A stretch of DNA of 43,890 nt, taken from a virus. Taxonomy: Duplodnaviria; Heunggongvirae; Uroviricota; Caudoviricetes. How positions within the stretch are numbered: position 1 is the stretch's first letter; every line of letters starts with the position of its first letter. The stretch covers positions 64,001 through 107,890 of IMG/VR virus record IMGVR_UViG_2821013286_000001; one strand, 5' to 3'. Under the pieces are notes generated by a model. The model ran no database searches, was not told where the DNA came from, and saw nothing but the letters and a program-made list of their open reading frames with translations. Both the position numbers and the translations under genes were made by a program. Shown here one piece after another: positions 17,886 through 27,820 of the stretch.

Positions 17886-20800
17886 ATGGCTGATGAAGTA
17901 GAAATTTTTTATAACGACAAGATCGAAGTCACGACGACTGGCTCGAATGAAGTTCGCGTCAAGCTGACCGAGCAGGGTCCACTTGGGCCAACTGGCCCTA
18001 TGGGTAGCGTTACGCCGGAATTGACCGCGCTGAAGAACCAGGCTGCGGCTTCTGCAAGCGCTGCCGCCGCCTCAGAAGGTAAGGCTAAAACTTCCGAGAC
18101 TAATGCCAAGGCATCCGAAACCAATGCGAAGGCGTCGGAGACGGCTGCGGCCAGCTCAAAAACGGCTGCAAAGGTCTCCGAGACGAATGCGGCCAATTCT
18201 CAGACAGCCGCTGCTGCCGCTGCTGCTGCGGCAAAGACATCGGAAACCAGCTCCAAAACATCGGAGACCAACTCGAAGGCGTCGGAGACGGCTGCAAAGA
18301 CATCGGAGACCAATTCCAAGGCTTCCGAGACGAGTGCGTATTCCTCTGCAAGTTCCGCGAAAACCTCGGAAACAAACGCGCGCGCATCACAAACCGCTGC
18401 CGCAAACTCTCAGGCAGCCGCCAAGCTGTCAGAGACGAACGCCAAAGTCAGTGAAAACGCTGCTGCCGGAAGTGCTAGCGCTGCGCTGGCCTCCCAGAAT
18501 GCCGCTGGCACTTCCGAGACCAAAGCAAAGGCAAGTGAAACGGCGGCTAAAGCATCTGAGGTTGCGGCGAAAACATCGGAAACAAATTCCAAGGCTTCTG
18601 AAGATTCCGCTTTGAGTGCAAAAATCAATGCATCAGAGTCGGCGAAGGCCGCTAAAGCATCTGAGGAAGCCTCTAAGCTCTCGGAGATCGCAGCCGACAA
18701 CTCCCAGAGCGAAGCTGCTGCGAGCGCTGCGGCTGCCAAGACTTCAGAAACGGCTGCAAAGCTGTCAGAGGTTAATGCAGGCGCGTCTGAGCTGAATGCA
18801 AAAGCTTCGGAAACGGCAAGCGGCGTCTCAAATCTTGAAGCACAGAACGCCAAGACCGACGCAGAAGCTGCTCAGCAAGCCTCTGAATTGGCGCGCGACG
18901 ATGCTCAGGAAGCAAAAGCCTCTGCACGTGCTTCTCTAACCCAGGCTGAAGCCGCGCGTGATGCCGCACAGACTGCTGAGAGCAATGCGGAAGCGGCCGC
19001 AGTTGACGCTACTCAGTCACGTGTTTCCGCTGCCGCTTCAGCCGAAGCTGCTGCTGCATCTGCTGCCGAAGCAAGCAAATTTGATCCAGCTGTATTCCCG
19101 ACAAAGGCTAATAATGGCTCTGACTTCGCCGATCCTAATCTGGTTCGCGAGAACATCGGCGCACAGATCAAGCTTGATACCGTCACGCAAGTAGATGCTG
19201 AAGCCGGTACGAGCACCGAAGAGCGAATTTGGACTCCGCTGCGTGTGAAGCAGGCAATTGCTGCGCTTGCTGCAGCCGTTGTGCATCGACACAATGTGTC
19301 TGACATTGATGGGCTTCAGGATATTCTCGATGGTCTCCTGGTCAACACGGTCTTCACTGGCGTACCAACCGTACCGACGCCAGAAGCCGGCGACCGGTCC
19401 CTTCAGATCGCAAATACAGAATATGTTCGTCTGGCGCTGGATGAGCTGGTTGGCGCTGCGCCAGGCACGCTTGATACACTTCAAGAGATTGCTCAGGCGC
19501 TTGGTGACGATCCTAACTTTGCGGCGACGATAACTCAGAACTTGGCTGGTAAATCGGACATCGGGCACAAGCACACTGTTGCCGAGATTACCGATCTGTC
19601 AGACGCGCTTGCGCCGCTTGCTCCAAAGGCGTCGCCGGCATTCGAGGGCGCTCCAACTGCGCCGACGCAGGACCATGCCGACAACTCAACAAAGCTGGCT
19701 ACAACTGCTCACGTCAAGGAAGCGATTGCCAATTCCGGCCTTTCGACAGAAGGCCACAAGCATGCAATTGCTGACGTGACCGGTCTTCAGGATGCCTTGG
19801 ATGGAAAGTCGGACAGCGGACATAAACACGAAATCGCGGATGTTAATGGTCTCAATGCGGCGCTGAATGCAAAAGCGCCACTCGCTTCACCAGCTTTGAC
19901 AGGAACTCCAACTGCGCCAACGCAGGCAGTCGGAGACAATTCCACGCGACTGGCAACGACCGGCTTTGTGAAGACTGCTGTTGAAAATGGTGTCGCTGGA
20001 AAGGCTGACGCCAGCCATACGCATGCGGTCGCAGATGTTTCCGGCCTTCAGACAGCTCTCGATGGTAAGGCAGCACTTGCGTCTCCGACGTTCTCTGGCG
20101 CTCCAAAAGTGCCTACGGCTGCTGCTGGAACCAACACCACGCAGGCTGCAAGTACCGCATTTGTTATGGCGGCGATTGCCGGCTTCAGTACGACGTGGGA
20201 AATCAAAGACGTAAACGGCCTTCAGGCCGCGCTCAATTCAAAACTGCCCTTGTCTGGCGGTAGCGTGAACGGAACTGTTAGTGCATCGTTGACGCATCGC
20301 GACGGCGGTGGCTACTTCAACATCGGATCGTATAGCACAGCCACTTACGGCTCAGGCTATGGCCGGGTGTGGTATAACGCAAATGGCAACGCGATAACTT
20401 TCCAGTCCGGTTCGGACAGCACGGCTCGCACCGCGTTGATTGCTGGCGCTGGAGATTTCTCTGGCACCATTATCGGCAGGACGAGCGACGCGTTTCGCCT
20501 TCAGAACGGCGGCAATGCCGTAATTCAACGCAAAGATGGCTCCACGTTCTATTTCCTCATTTCGGATACCGAAACAGGAAGCTGGAACGCTTTGCGTCCG
20601 TTTTATTTCAACTTGTCATCAGGCCGCGTCACGATCGGCAACGGCCTTACCGTCAATGGTGGCATCGCTTCATCTTCGAACATATCCGTAGGCGGTGCTG
20701 AACTACAAACGAATGGCAATATCGTAGGCTCGATCTGGAACAATATCGGTGCGGGAGACGCCTATACGGCCATTGTGAACCGCATCGAAAGCCGCTGCCA

Positions 20801-21125
20801 AGCTTGGGCTGTTCAGGAGTCTAACCGGAAGGCCCGTAAAGGCGCTTCGTGGGATCAGTGGAACTTCACTTCACATGATCAACGTGCGCAGAACGGAACA
20901 GGCGAGAATATTTACTTCACGGCCAAGGTGTCGGGTGGCAATGCAGGCGTCTATCTCCAAATTAGCCCAGATAATAACACTTTCTGGACGGTGGGAGAGC
21001 CGGCTTATGTCCCTAATGTTGGTTACATCCCTCAGTATTCCGCTGGATGCCTGCCCCCAGGGTGGTGGATGCGAATTATTCGCACAACCGGTCAATACAA
21101 CGCAAACGTAATTCTGGTTTGGTGA
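17886..21125 (+). CDS. Side tail fibre protein
   Basis: 1079 aa; lambda-Stf-like 'AKTSETNAKASETAA' repeats; repeated 'HxHxIADVxGLQxALDxK' and 'ASPxxTGxPTAPT..DNST..ATT' modules; 'APGTLDTLQEIAQALGDDPNFA'. Confidence 0.9.
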   Translation: MADEVEIFYNDKIEVTTTGSNEVRVKLTEQGPLGPTGPMGSVTPELTALKNQAAASASAAAASEGKAKTSETNAKASETNAKASETAAASSKTAAKVSETNAANSQTAAAAAAAAAKTSETSSKTSETNSKASETAAKTSETNSKASETSAYSSASSAKTSETNARASQTAAANSQAAAKLSETNAKVSENAAAGSASAALASQNAAGTSETKAKASETAAKASEVAAKTSETNSKASEDSALSAKINASESAKAAKASEEASKLSEIAADNSQSEAAASAAAAKTSETAAKLSEVNAGASELNAKASETASGVSNLEAQNAKTDAEAAQQASELARDDAQEAKASARASLTQAEAARDAAQTAESNAEAAAVDATQSRVSAAASAEAAAASAAEASKFDPAVFPTKANNGSDFADPNLVRENIGAQIKLDTVTQVDAEAGTSTEERIWTPLRVKQAIAALAAAVVHRHNVSDIDGLQDILDGLLVNTVFTGVPTVPTPEAGDRSLQIANTEYVRLALDELVGAAPGTLDTLQEIAQALGDDPNFAATITQNLAGKSDIGHKHTVAEITDLSDALAPLAPKASPAFEGAPTAPTQDHADNSTKLATTAHVKEAIANSGLSTEGHKHAIADVTGLQDALDGKSDSGHKHEIADVNGLNAALNAKAPLASPALTGTPTAPTQAVGDNSTRLATTGFVKTAVENGVAGKADASHTHAVADVSGLQTALDGKAALASPTFSGAPKVPTAAAGTNTTQAASTAFVMAAIAGFSTTWEIKDVNGLQAALNSKLPLSGGSVNGTVSASLTHRDGGGYFNIGSYSTATYGSGYGRVWYNANGNAITFQSGSDSTARTALIAGAGDFSGTIIGRTSDAFRLQNGGNAVIQRKDGSTFYFLISDTETGSWNALRPFYFNLSSGRVTIGNGLTVNGGIASSSNISVGGAELQTNGNIVGSIWNNIGAGDAYTAIVNRIESRCQAWAVQESNRKARKGASWDQWNFTSHDQRAQNGTGENIYFTAKVSGGNAGVYLQISPDNNTFWTVGEPAYVPNVGYIPQYSAGCLPPGWWMRIIRTTGQYNANVILVW

Positions 21126-21128
21126 TCT

Positions 21129-21587
21129 ATGTCTGATCGAATTTTTACTACTTTTTGGATTTACTCGGAAAGCATGGGCGCCTTTGCGCGCCTTTGCTCT
21201 GCTGATGACGCACTCGCTGAGTTGGAGTTGGATGCTCGCTTTATTCCGAGCAAGCCTGATGGCGACTACCATTTTGATCCGAGTCAGAACGAATGGATAC
21301 TGAACCCCACTTACGAACCGACCATCGAAGAAAAACGGGCGATGATGCCGCCAGTAACTAAGCGTCAGCTCCGGCTGACACTGGTGCGTAATGGCATTTC
21401 ACTCGCGCAGGTGGAAGCAGCCATTGCTTCTATGCCTGACGGCCTGCCAAAGCAGGAAGCCGAGATTGAATGGCAGGACGCTTCTGAATTTGGCCGCCTG
21501 CATCCAACACTTCTTTTGGTCGCGGAGGCGCTCGGCCTCTCGGCAGAAAAGGTCGATCAAATGTGGGATGAGGCAGTTTCTGCGTAA
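21129..21587 (+). CDS. Tail fibre-associated/assembly protein
   Basis: 'VTKRQLRLTL..EAEIEWQDASEFGRLHP..LGLSAEKVDQMW', a pattern typical of small genes after proteobacterial phage fibres. Confidence 0.6.
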   Translation: MSDRIFTTFWIYSESMGAFARLCSADDALAELELDARFIPSKPDGDYHFDPSQNEWILNPTYEPTIEEKRAMMPPVTKRQLRLTLVRNGISLAQVEAAIASMPDGLPKQEAEIEWQDASEFGRLHPTLLLVAEALGLSAEKVDQMWDEAVSA

Positions 21588-21598
21588 AACCCGATGTG

Positions 21599-21612
21599 AA
21601 TAAACGTTTACA
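21599..21612. promoter_or_regulatory. Operator-like motif AATAAACGTTTACA
   Basis: Exact core upstream of phoH at the structural-to-replication boundary. Confidence 0.7.
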
Positions 21613-21661
21613 TACATGCATTTTGATTCTATGGTCGAAATACATCACACTTAAACTGGAT

Positions 21662-22495
21662 ATGCAGATGTCATCGAAGAACCGCGCCGCCACTCGTCAA
21701 GCTCGTCAAGATGGAAAAAAGGCACGCAAAACCAACCAGAATATGAAATTGGTTATCGCTGCGGAGCAGCATCCGAACAAGCTTCCGCGTCCTCGCAATA
21801 GAGATATCGTGAAGCCACTTACCGATTCACAGCGTGCATACGACGCTGCATTCAAATCCAGTGATATCATATTTGGGACTGGACCGGCTGGCACTGGCAA
21901 GACTTGGTTCGCGACTATGCGCGCCGCTGAAGCATTCGACGCCGAACAGATCGAAAAGATCGTCATTACGCGTCCAGCAGTCGAGGCAGGAGAGACACTC
22001 GGCTTTCTTCCTGGTGAACTGGAAGAGAAATATGAGCCGTACATACGTCCAGTTCGTGACGCTCTTGAAGAGAAATTCGGTTCCGGCTTTCTCGAATATC
22101 TGCTGAAGACTGGAAAGATCGAAGCGCGACCGCTCGGTCTGCTGCGCGGCTCAACGTTCAAGGACTGTTGGGTTATTCTCGATGAAGCTCAGAACGTCAC
22201 GCCGTCGCAAATGCAGATGTTTCTCACGCGAATTGGCGACAACTGCAAGATGATCATCAACGGCGACATCAAGCAGAAGGACGTTCCGGGAATGTCTGGT
22301 CTTGAACACGCGATGAAAACGCTTCGCCGCGTCAACGGCGTTACTACAGTCGAATTCTCGCGTGAGGATATTGTGCGTTCAGGCATCTGCCGCGACATCG
22401 TAATGGCCTATGATGAAGCGCCTCGTCCCGTCGCGAATTCCCAGGGTCCGGTTCCAATTCAAAACATTGCATTTTTAAATCGAGCAGCCGTTTAA
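21662..22495 (+). CDS. phoH: PhoH-family ATPase
   Basis: 'FGTGPAGTGKT', 'ITRPAVEAGETLGFLPG', 'LRGSTF', 'ILDEAQN', 'GDIKQKD', 'DIVRS'; start at 21662 or 21668. Confidence 0.95.
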   Translation: MQMSSKNRAATRQARQDGKKARKTNQNMKLVIAAEQHPNKLPRPRNRDIVKPLTDSQRAYDAAFKSSDIIFGTGPAGTGKTWFATMRAAEAFDAEQIEKIVITRPAVEAGETLGFLPGELEEKYEPYIRPVRDALEEKFGSGFLEYLLKTGKIEARPLGLLRGSTFKDCWVILDEAQNVTPSQMQMFLTRIGDNCKMIINGDIKQKDVPGMSGLEHAMKTLRRVNGVTTVEFSREDIVRSGICRDIVMAYDEAPRPVANSQGPVPIQNIAFLNRAAV

Positions 22496-22553
22496 ACTAC
22501 CCGCGCGCTCACAGCTTACAATAAATATAAGAGCGCGATTTAGGACTGACACA

Positions 22554-23300
22554 ATGGAATATACTGATTATATCAAGCTCGCCATTAGTGGTGGGCTTGA
22601 TAATCCAGATCGTTTACAGCACGACGACATTATTCAACGCTATATCAAGCCAGCTTTTGTTAAGCTGGAGCCGGACTTATTCCGCACGAAATGGTTTGAT
22701 TACCGCTTCCTGACGCCGTTTCAGGCGACTATGCTTTATACTGCCTATTTCGAACCGATCTATGCGGAGCAGGTGGAGCGTTACAAGAACACAGCGCAAG
22801 CGGCATATCGCAGGCCAATTACGCTCGCGAAGATCCAGGATGAAATTCTGAAGCCTGAACCTGCGACGAAAGCTAAGTCTAACTTCTCGGCGCTCAATCG
22901 GGGCAGGGCGGTTGCCGATGCTCTCGGTATTCCATACGATTTCTTCATTCGTGCGAGTTTCGATGTTCGTATGAGGGCGTGGCAGAACGGTCAACTTCCG
23001 CGTCCGCACCATCTTTATCATGAAAACTTCGTGCCGCGCGTGGTTGCTGAGTGGGACAAGCATCGCAGCCAAATACGCATGCATGCCGTGCATCCCGCTT
23101 ACAGACCGGAGAATTTCGCAGAACTGGCAGCACAAACCGATTACAGGCAATTCCTGCTCGACCAAGGACATTTGCAGCTCATTTCTAACGAGCGGATGCA
23201 GCAATACGTCTATGATGGCGAGATAACCCAGGAACAGTACGACGAATTTATCGAGGAGCGGATACGACGCGTGCGTAACCCGTCAACCGACGACGAATAA
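22554..23300 (+). CDS. Hypothetical protein upstream of helicase
   Basis: 248 aa, AGGA RBS; 'FRTKWFDYRFLTPFQAT'; no recognised function. Confidence 0.65.
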   Translation: MEYTDYIKLAISGGLDNPDRLQHDDIIQRYIKPAFVKLEPDLFRTKWFDYRFLTPFQATMLYTAYFEPIYAEQVERYKNTAQAAYRRPITLAKIQDEILKPEPATKAKSNFSALNRGRAVADALGIPYDFFIRASFDVRMRAWQNGQLPRPHHLYHENFVPRVVAEWDKHRSQIRMHAVHPAYRPENFAELAAQTDYRQFLLDQGHLQLISNERMQQYVYDGEITQEQYDEFIEERIRRVRNPSTDDE

Positions 23301-23326
23301 CAGATTTTCGCTTGCACTGTAATGTG

Positions 23327-23340
23327 TATAAATATTTACA
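23327..23340. promoter_or_regulatory. Operator-like motif TATAAATATTTACA
   Basis: Exact core, 14 nt before the helicase ATG. Confidence 0.7.
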
Positions 23341-23354
23341 TAGGATATTAGGCA

Positions 23355-24704
23355 ATGACAGCAGATGTTGCAGAGGTTGAAGCGGACCTCCCAGAAGCCA
23401 AATTCGAATTTGACGAAGAATTTCAGGATAAGATCGTTCACACCTTCCTGACTGAGCCGAAGTTTGCGCGACAGATCGCGGACGTTTTAGAGCCGGAATA
23501 TTTCACCAAGGAGTCGAACGCCACGCTCGTATCGCTCACGCGTGAGTACGTGCGGACCTACAAGTCCACACCAGATGCACCTGTTATGGGCACTCTGGTC
23601 GTTGATGCGTTCAAAGATGGCCGCATTCGCAAGGATTTGCTGATTGACGTTCGCAATGCGATTGCAACGGCATTCAAGACGCCGGTCAAGGGAGCGGAGT
23701 TTATTGCGGAGAAGGTTTCAACCTTTGCACGTGACAAGGCCGTCGAGCGCGCAATCATCAAATCAGTCGGACTTCATGAGAAGGGTGAATACGCCAAGAT
23801 CGCAGACTTGATGCGAGAAGCGATCAATGTCGGCAATCTCGATGATGGCGAGACTTACGACTATTTCGCCGAGGTCGAGAACCGGACGCAGGTTCGTAAA
23901 GCAATCGCAACTGGCGCGATCACACGCGATGGCGTTTCGTCAGGCGTCTCAGAGATCGATGCGCTGCTATATCACTATGGCTGGGGCAGGCGAGAGCTGT
24001 CGTGTCTCATGGGGCCGTCCAAGAGCGGTAAATCTGCTCTCCTTGGCACGTTCGCAAAGAACGCGTCTCTTCTTGGATACAACGTTCTCTATGTCTCGCT
24101 CGAAGTCGATAAGACGATCATTTCCGATCGTATCGACGCGGACCTGTCCGACACGATCATTCGAGATCTTCATGTTCACGCTGATGACGTAGCGGCGGCC
24201 ATTAAAGTCGCACAGGCAAAAGCCGGTCGTTTCCTCATGCGCGATTTCGGTCCTGGCACTTTGAAAGTGTCGATGCTGCGGACCATGATTGAGAAGCTCA
24301 TCGCCGACGGCGTTCAGCTCGACATGGTTGTAGTTGACTATGCCGACATCATGGCTGGCGAGGAACGCGGCGCGAGCCTGCAGGATCAGCTCCGTCAGAT
24401 TTACATCGATCTGCGCGCACTGGCGTTTGAATTCAATATCGCCGTACTGACTGCAACACAGACGAACCGCGAAGGCGCCAAGCAGACTACTGCGCGCGCC
24501 ACGGACGTAGGCGATGACTGGAATAAGACGCGTACGGTTGACGTTCTGATTGGCATCAACACAACCGAGGCAGAACGACAGATAGGCGAGTCCCGTCTGG
24601 TCTGGTTGATGTCTCGTAATACGGCCTCCGGCGTTTCAGTCACGATCCAGCAGGAACGGCAGAAGATGCGCTTCCTCAAGAAAGTTCTGAAGGTGGAAAG
24701 CTGA
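23355..24704 (+). CDS. dnaB: Replicative DnaB/T4 gp41-like helicase
   Basis: Walker A 'GPSKSGKS', 'YVSLE', 'VVDYADIM', 'TATQTNR'. Confidence 0.88.
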   Translation: MTADVAEVEADLPEAKFEFDEEFQDKIVHTFLTEPKFARQIADVLEPEYFTKESNATLVSLTREYVRTYKSTPDAPVMGTLVVDAFKDGRIRKDLLIDVRNAIATAFKTPVKGAEFIAEKVSTFARDKAVERAIIKSVGLHEKGEYAKIADLMREAINVGNLDDGETYDYFAEVENRTQVRKAIATGAITRDGVSSGVSEIDALLYHYGWGRRELSCLMGPSKSGKSALLGTFAKNASLLGYNVLYVSLEVDKTIISDRIDADLSDTIIRDLHVHADDVAAAIKVAQAKAGRFLMRDFGPGTLKVSMLRTMIEKLIADGVQLDMVVVDYADIMAGEERGASLQDQLRQIYIDLRALAFEFNIAVLTATQTNREGAKQTTARATDVGDDWNKTRTVDVLIGINTTEAERQIGESRLVWLMSRNTASGVSVTIQQERQKMRFLKKVLKVES

Positions 24705-25789
24705 TGAGCGATCTGTCATTCCGCGAGCTATCAGACGAGCTGGATTTCGCATTTTTCCTCGATACAGAGGGCATTCAGTACAAGGAGACGTTTGGTTCAT
24801 CTGGCGAGCAGTTCAATATTCGCGAGTGTCCAGAATGCGGCGGTGACAAGTGGAAGGTCTATGTCGGGGTCGATAGCGGCCTCGGCAACTGCTTCAAATG
24901 TGAAGCGCGCTTTAACAAGCTCACGTTCATGAAGGCGTATTACGACCTGAAGGATTGGAGCCAGGTGCGTTTCAAATGCGAGGAGATTCTGAGAACGCAG
25001 GGCTGGCGTCCAAAGCGCAAGGCAAAGGAGGTGAAGTACGAAATCCCAGATGTCGTGCTACCGCTCTCAATGGCTCTGCCGACGCCGGCAGGTGAAACGC
25101 TCCAATATCTGGCTGATCGCGGCATATCGAACGAGATCACCGCTCAGTTTGGGCTTCGCTATTCACAGCATGGACTCTGGTTCTATGTGAATGATGAAGG
25201 AAAGCGAGTGCCGCAGAACTTCTCGGAACGATTGATCATTCCTGTGTTTGACCTCGATGCCACACTGAAGACCTTTCAGGGGCGAGATTTACGCGGCACG
25301 TCTGACCGTAAATATCTCTTTCCGATGCGTCTTCCAGGAACCGGCAAGTATCTGCTGAACGGTCACAATGCCATTGCGTCGCCGCATGTCATCATAGGCG
25401 AAGGCGCATTCGATGTTATGGCGATCCAGTCAGCACTGAAGCTCGATCCGTCTTATGAGCACGTGACACCGGTCGGAACCTTCGGAAAGCACCTGTCGTA
25501 CGGAAACACGGAATGCGACGACCAGATTGGGCGACTGAATGTTCTTCGGCAGCACGGCTTGAGAACTGTGACGATCATGTGGGATGGCGAAGTGTCGGCA
25601 CTCGAAGCCGCTTTGAAAACCGCAGCGATCATTACAGGCTTAGGATTAGAAGCACGTGTTTCATTCCTGCCACGCGACAAAGATCCAAACGAAATACCGC
25701 CAGAAGAAGTTCTGAAGGCGTTCACCACGGCAATCACTTGGTCGCCAATCGTTGATGTAAAGCTGAAGATGAGGAACCCGTATCGATAG
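24704..25789 (+). CDS. dnaG: DNA primase (Zn finger + TOPRIM)
   Basis: 'CPECGG...GNCFKC', 'YLADRGIS', 'QGR..KYLFP', 'IIGEGAFD', 'MWDGE', 'KDPNE'. Confidence 0.88.
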   Translation: MSDLSFRELSDELDFAFFLDTEGIQYKETFGSSGEQFNIRECPECGGDKWKVYVGVDSGLGNCFKCEARFNKLTFMKAYYDLKDWSQVRFKCEEILRTQGWRPKRKAKEVKYEIPDVVLPLSMALPTPAGETLQYLADRGISNEITAQFGLRYSQHGLWFYVNDEGKRVPQNFSERLIIPVFDLDATLKTFQGRDLRGTSDRKYLFPMRLPGTGKYLLNGHNAIASPHVIIGEGAFDVMAIQSALKLDPSYEHVTPVGTFGKHLSYGNTECDDQIGRLNVLRQHGLRTVTIMWDGEVSALEAALKTAAIITGLGLEARVSFLPRDKDPNEIPPEEVLKAFTTAITWSPIVDVKLKMRNPYR

Positions 25790-25840
25790 TAAACGGTCCA
25801 ATTAAATGCCGTCAAATGACGAACTATAATCACAAATAAC

Positions 25841-25854
25841 AATAAATATTTACA
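25841..25854. promoter_or_regulatory. Operator-like motif AATAAATATTTACA, 10 nt downstream of a TATAAT
   Basis: TATAAT at 25825-25830; motif 17 nt before ATG 25872. Confidence 0.7.
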
Positions 25855-25871
25855 CAAGAATAGAGGTAGTC

Positions 25872-26534
25872 ATGAATTTGGGCGAGGTAAAGCTCCAGAT
25901 TTCAAGCATGGTGAGAGAGTACCGAAATCAGGATCTCGTCTTGCGTCATGTGCAGGGTCCGGCAAACAGCGCATTGCTTTTCGCGTTCATGGACAATGCA
26001 CCCAAGACATACGGCTCGCAATACGCAGCCATTTTCGAAGACAAGGAAAAGGTCACAGCCGGAAAAACGCTTGAGATCCTTGCACTGCCAAAAGCCTACT
26101 CATCGGTTTTTCACGCACTATGCGGCTGGAGCAAGCTGATTTTCCGTCAGGCAGGATACTCTGGCCTTCCGAGCTTATACGAAGATGGCCTCGTCGAGTT
26201 TCTTCAAAAAGAGCGCGAAAACGGCTTCGATATCGATCCGCGACTGATCAAGTTCCTGGTTCTCGGCGACGTGATCAGCCGGGAAGACACGATCTATATG
26301 CAAGGCAAGTACCTTGAGCATGCCAGCAGAACTTTGAAACTTCTGCATGGCGCCATGAATGAAATCTCCAATCCGGTCATCACGAAATTTGATGATTACG
26401 CGCGCATTGTCCGGTCGGACTACGCGCAGATCAAGGACGAGATACGCGATCGGGAAGCCAGAATACGCCAGGCCGAAGAGACTAAGCGAATGGCGGAAAT
26501 TTACAAAGACAATGAATATTTTGGGATGTTTTAA
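25872..26534 (+). CDS. Hypothetical protein (C-terminal 'YFGMF')
   Basis: 220 aa, GAGG RBS. Confidence 0.65.
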   Translation: MNLGEVKLQISSMVREYRNQDLVLRHVQGPANSALLFAFMDNAPKTYGSQYAAIFEDKEKVTAGKTLEILALPKAYSSVFHALCGWSKLIFRQAGYSGLPSLYEDGLVEFLQKERENGFDIDPRLIKFLVLGDVISREDTIYMQGKYLEHASRTLKLLHGAMNEISNPVITKFDDYARIVRSDYAQIKDEIRDREARIRQAEETKRMAEIYKDNEYFGMF

Positions 26535-27196
26535 TGCTTTTTGATGAATATAAGTATTGCGTGGCCTCAGAACTTCCGACTGACGCTATTCAGCGGTTTC
26601 CAAATAAATATAAGAAACACTTTCGAGAAGTTCATAACGCGTTCAAGCAACGCGGAACGGATATCAATCACGAGATTAGTCTGTTTGGACTAACGGTATC
26701 TTTTGTTTATTACCAGACCTATCGGAACAGTCTGCTTGATGTTTACGTCACAGTGCCGGCAGGTTTACCGATTGTTCTACACTCATGCTGCCGCCTTACA
26801 AAGTGGCGTGGCGATCTGATCAAGCGCAGCAATGAATTCGCAAAAGGCGCACTAAGTGCCGTTCCGCCAAGGGACGCACTGCACTGGATCAACACGTTTG
26901 TTGAGGCCGGTCTTTATGCGCGGAAAGCAGGCGGTCGCTGCGTACGATCGGAAATGGAATTTAAGCAAACGCAGCTTGCCGATCCTTTTGTCGCTGAAGA
27001 AGCAATGCGGTTGCTGTCGAAATTCATCGTTATGTACGGATATCCAGAGCAATGGAAAAAAGAAGTCGAAGGTTTCGACATCAACCCTAATGCTGAATGG
27101 TATTATCCGCACAATCATCATGAAAAAACTAAAATAGAAATGGTTTACGAGGCGCCTGACGACATTCGTCACTTGCCTGAATTCGGTATTTTCTAA
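26534..27196 (+). CDS. Hypothetical protein (C-terminal 'EFGIF')
   Basis: 220 aa, TAATG-coupled to the previous gene. Confidence 0.6.
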   Translation: MLFDEYKYCVASELPTDAIQRFPNKYKKHFREVHNAFKQRGTDINHEISLFGLTVSFVYYQTYRNSLLDVYVTVPAGLPIVLHSCCRLTKWRGDLIKRSNEFAKGALSAVPPRDALHWINTFVEAGLYARKAGGRCVRSEMEFKQTQLADPFVAEEAMRLLSKFIVMYGYPEQWKKEVEGFDINPNAEWYYPHNHHEKTKIEMVYEAPDDIRHLPEFGIF

Positions 27197-27266
27197 CTCC
27201 AGTTCTTACCCAACGACTGTTCTATTAAAAATAATAACAACATCACAAGAAACATCAGGAACAACA

Positions 27267-27818
27267 ATGAGATATCTTACCCTCGACACAGAGCGGAACA
27301 AGTTTCGCTTCGTTTGTCCCATTTTCAACGCCGAAACCTCCATGGCGGCATGTGTGCTGCTTCGCAATATGTCCATGGGCGGGAAGCCTGGCGGTAAACG
27401 TCGAGGCTGCCAAGCATGCATTATGTCAAGCAAGTGTCCTGCAGCAGCTATCGTCTCTCGGATTATCTACGGCAAAGAAGTGCCTGATGATTACGGTTCT
27501 GACACCCCGGTTAAGGGTAAGCTTCGTCAGGGAGTGCTGAAGCGCATCCATCGTACGATTGTTCAGGAAAAGCACATGACCGCGTGCGGGATCTCAGATG
27601 TCGAACGTCAGCTTATTGCAACAGCCAACGACCGTATCGCGAAGATGCTCGAAACAGCCCCGCCGGACAGCAACGAGGCCGCTCCAAGACAATCAGTCTC
27701 TGCGCGATCGACCTCGAAGCCACGGAAGGCTCCAGCTGTAAAGAAAACCACCAATGAGGTCGTTATGAATGCCGCAATGACCGGCGACATGACAGCCGCT
27801 ATTAATGCAGAGGCTTAA
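27267..27818 (+). CDS. Cys-rich hypothetical protein (possible Zn binding)
   Basis: 'CPIF...C...RRGCQACIMSSKCP'; A-rich leader with AGGA. Confidence 0.6.
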   Translation: MRYLTLDTERNKFRFVCPIFNAETSMAACVLLRNMSMGGKPGGKRRGCQACIMSSKCPAAAIVSRIIYGKEVPDDYGSDTPVKGKLRQGVLKRIHRTIVQEKHMTACGISDVERQLIATANDRIAKMLETAPPDSNEAAPRQSVSARSTSKPRKAPAVKKTTNEVVMNAAMTGDMTAAINAEA

Positions 27819-27820
27819 TT

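Noticed and set aside
18030-19080. Repetitive DNA in the fibre gene considered as a CRISPR array or DGR variable repeat
   Set aside because: Repeats are in-frame, degenerate at synonymous sites, have no unique spacers or A-specific mismatches, and no cas or reverse transcriptase gene is present
22502-22537. CGCGCTC/GAGCGCG stem with AATAAATATAAG loop as another operator copy
   Set aside because: Only the left half-site matches and the stem does not cover the RBS; not counted
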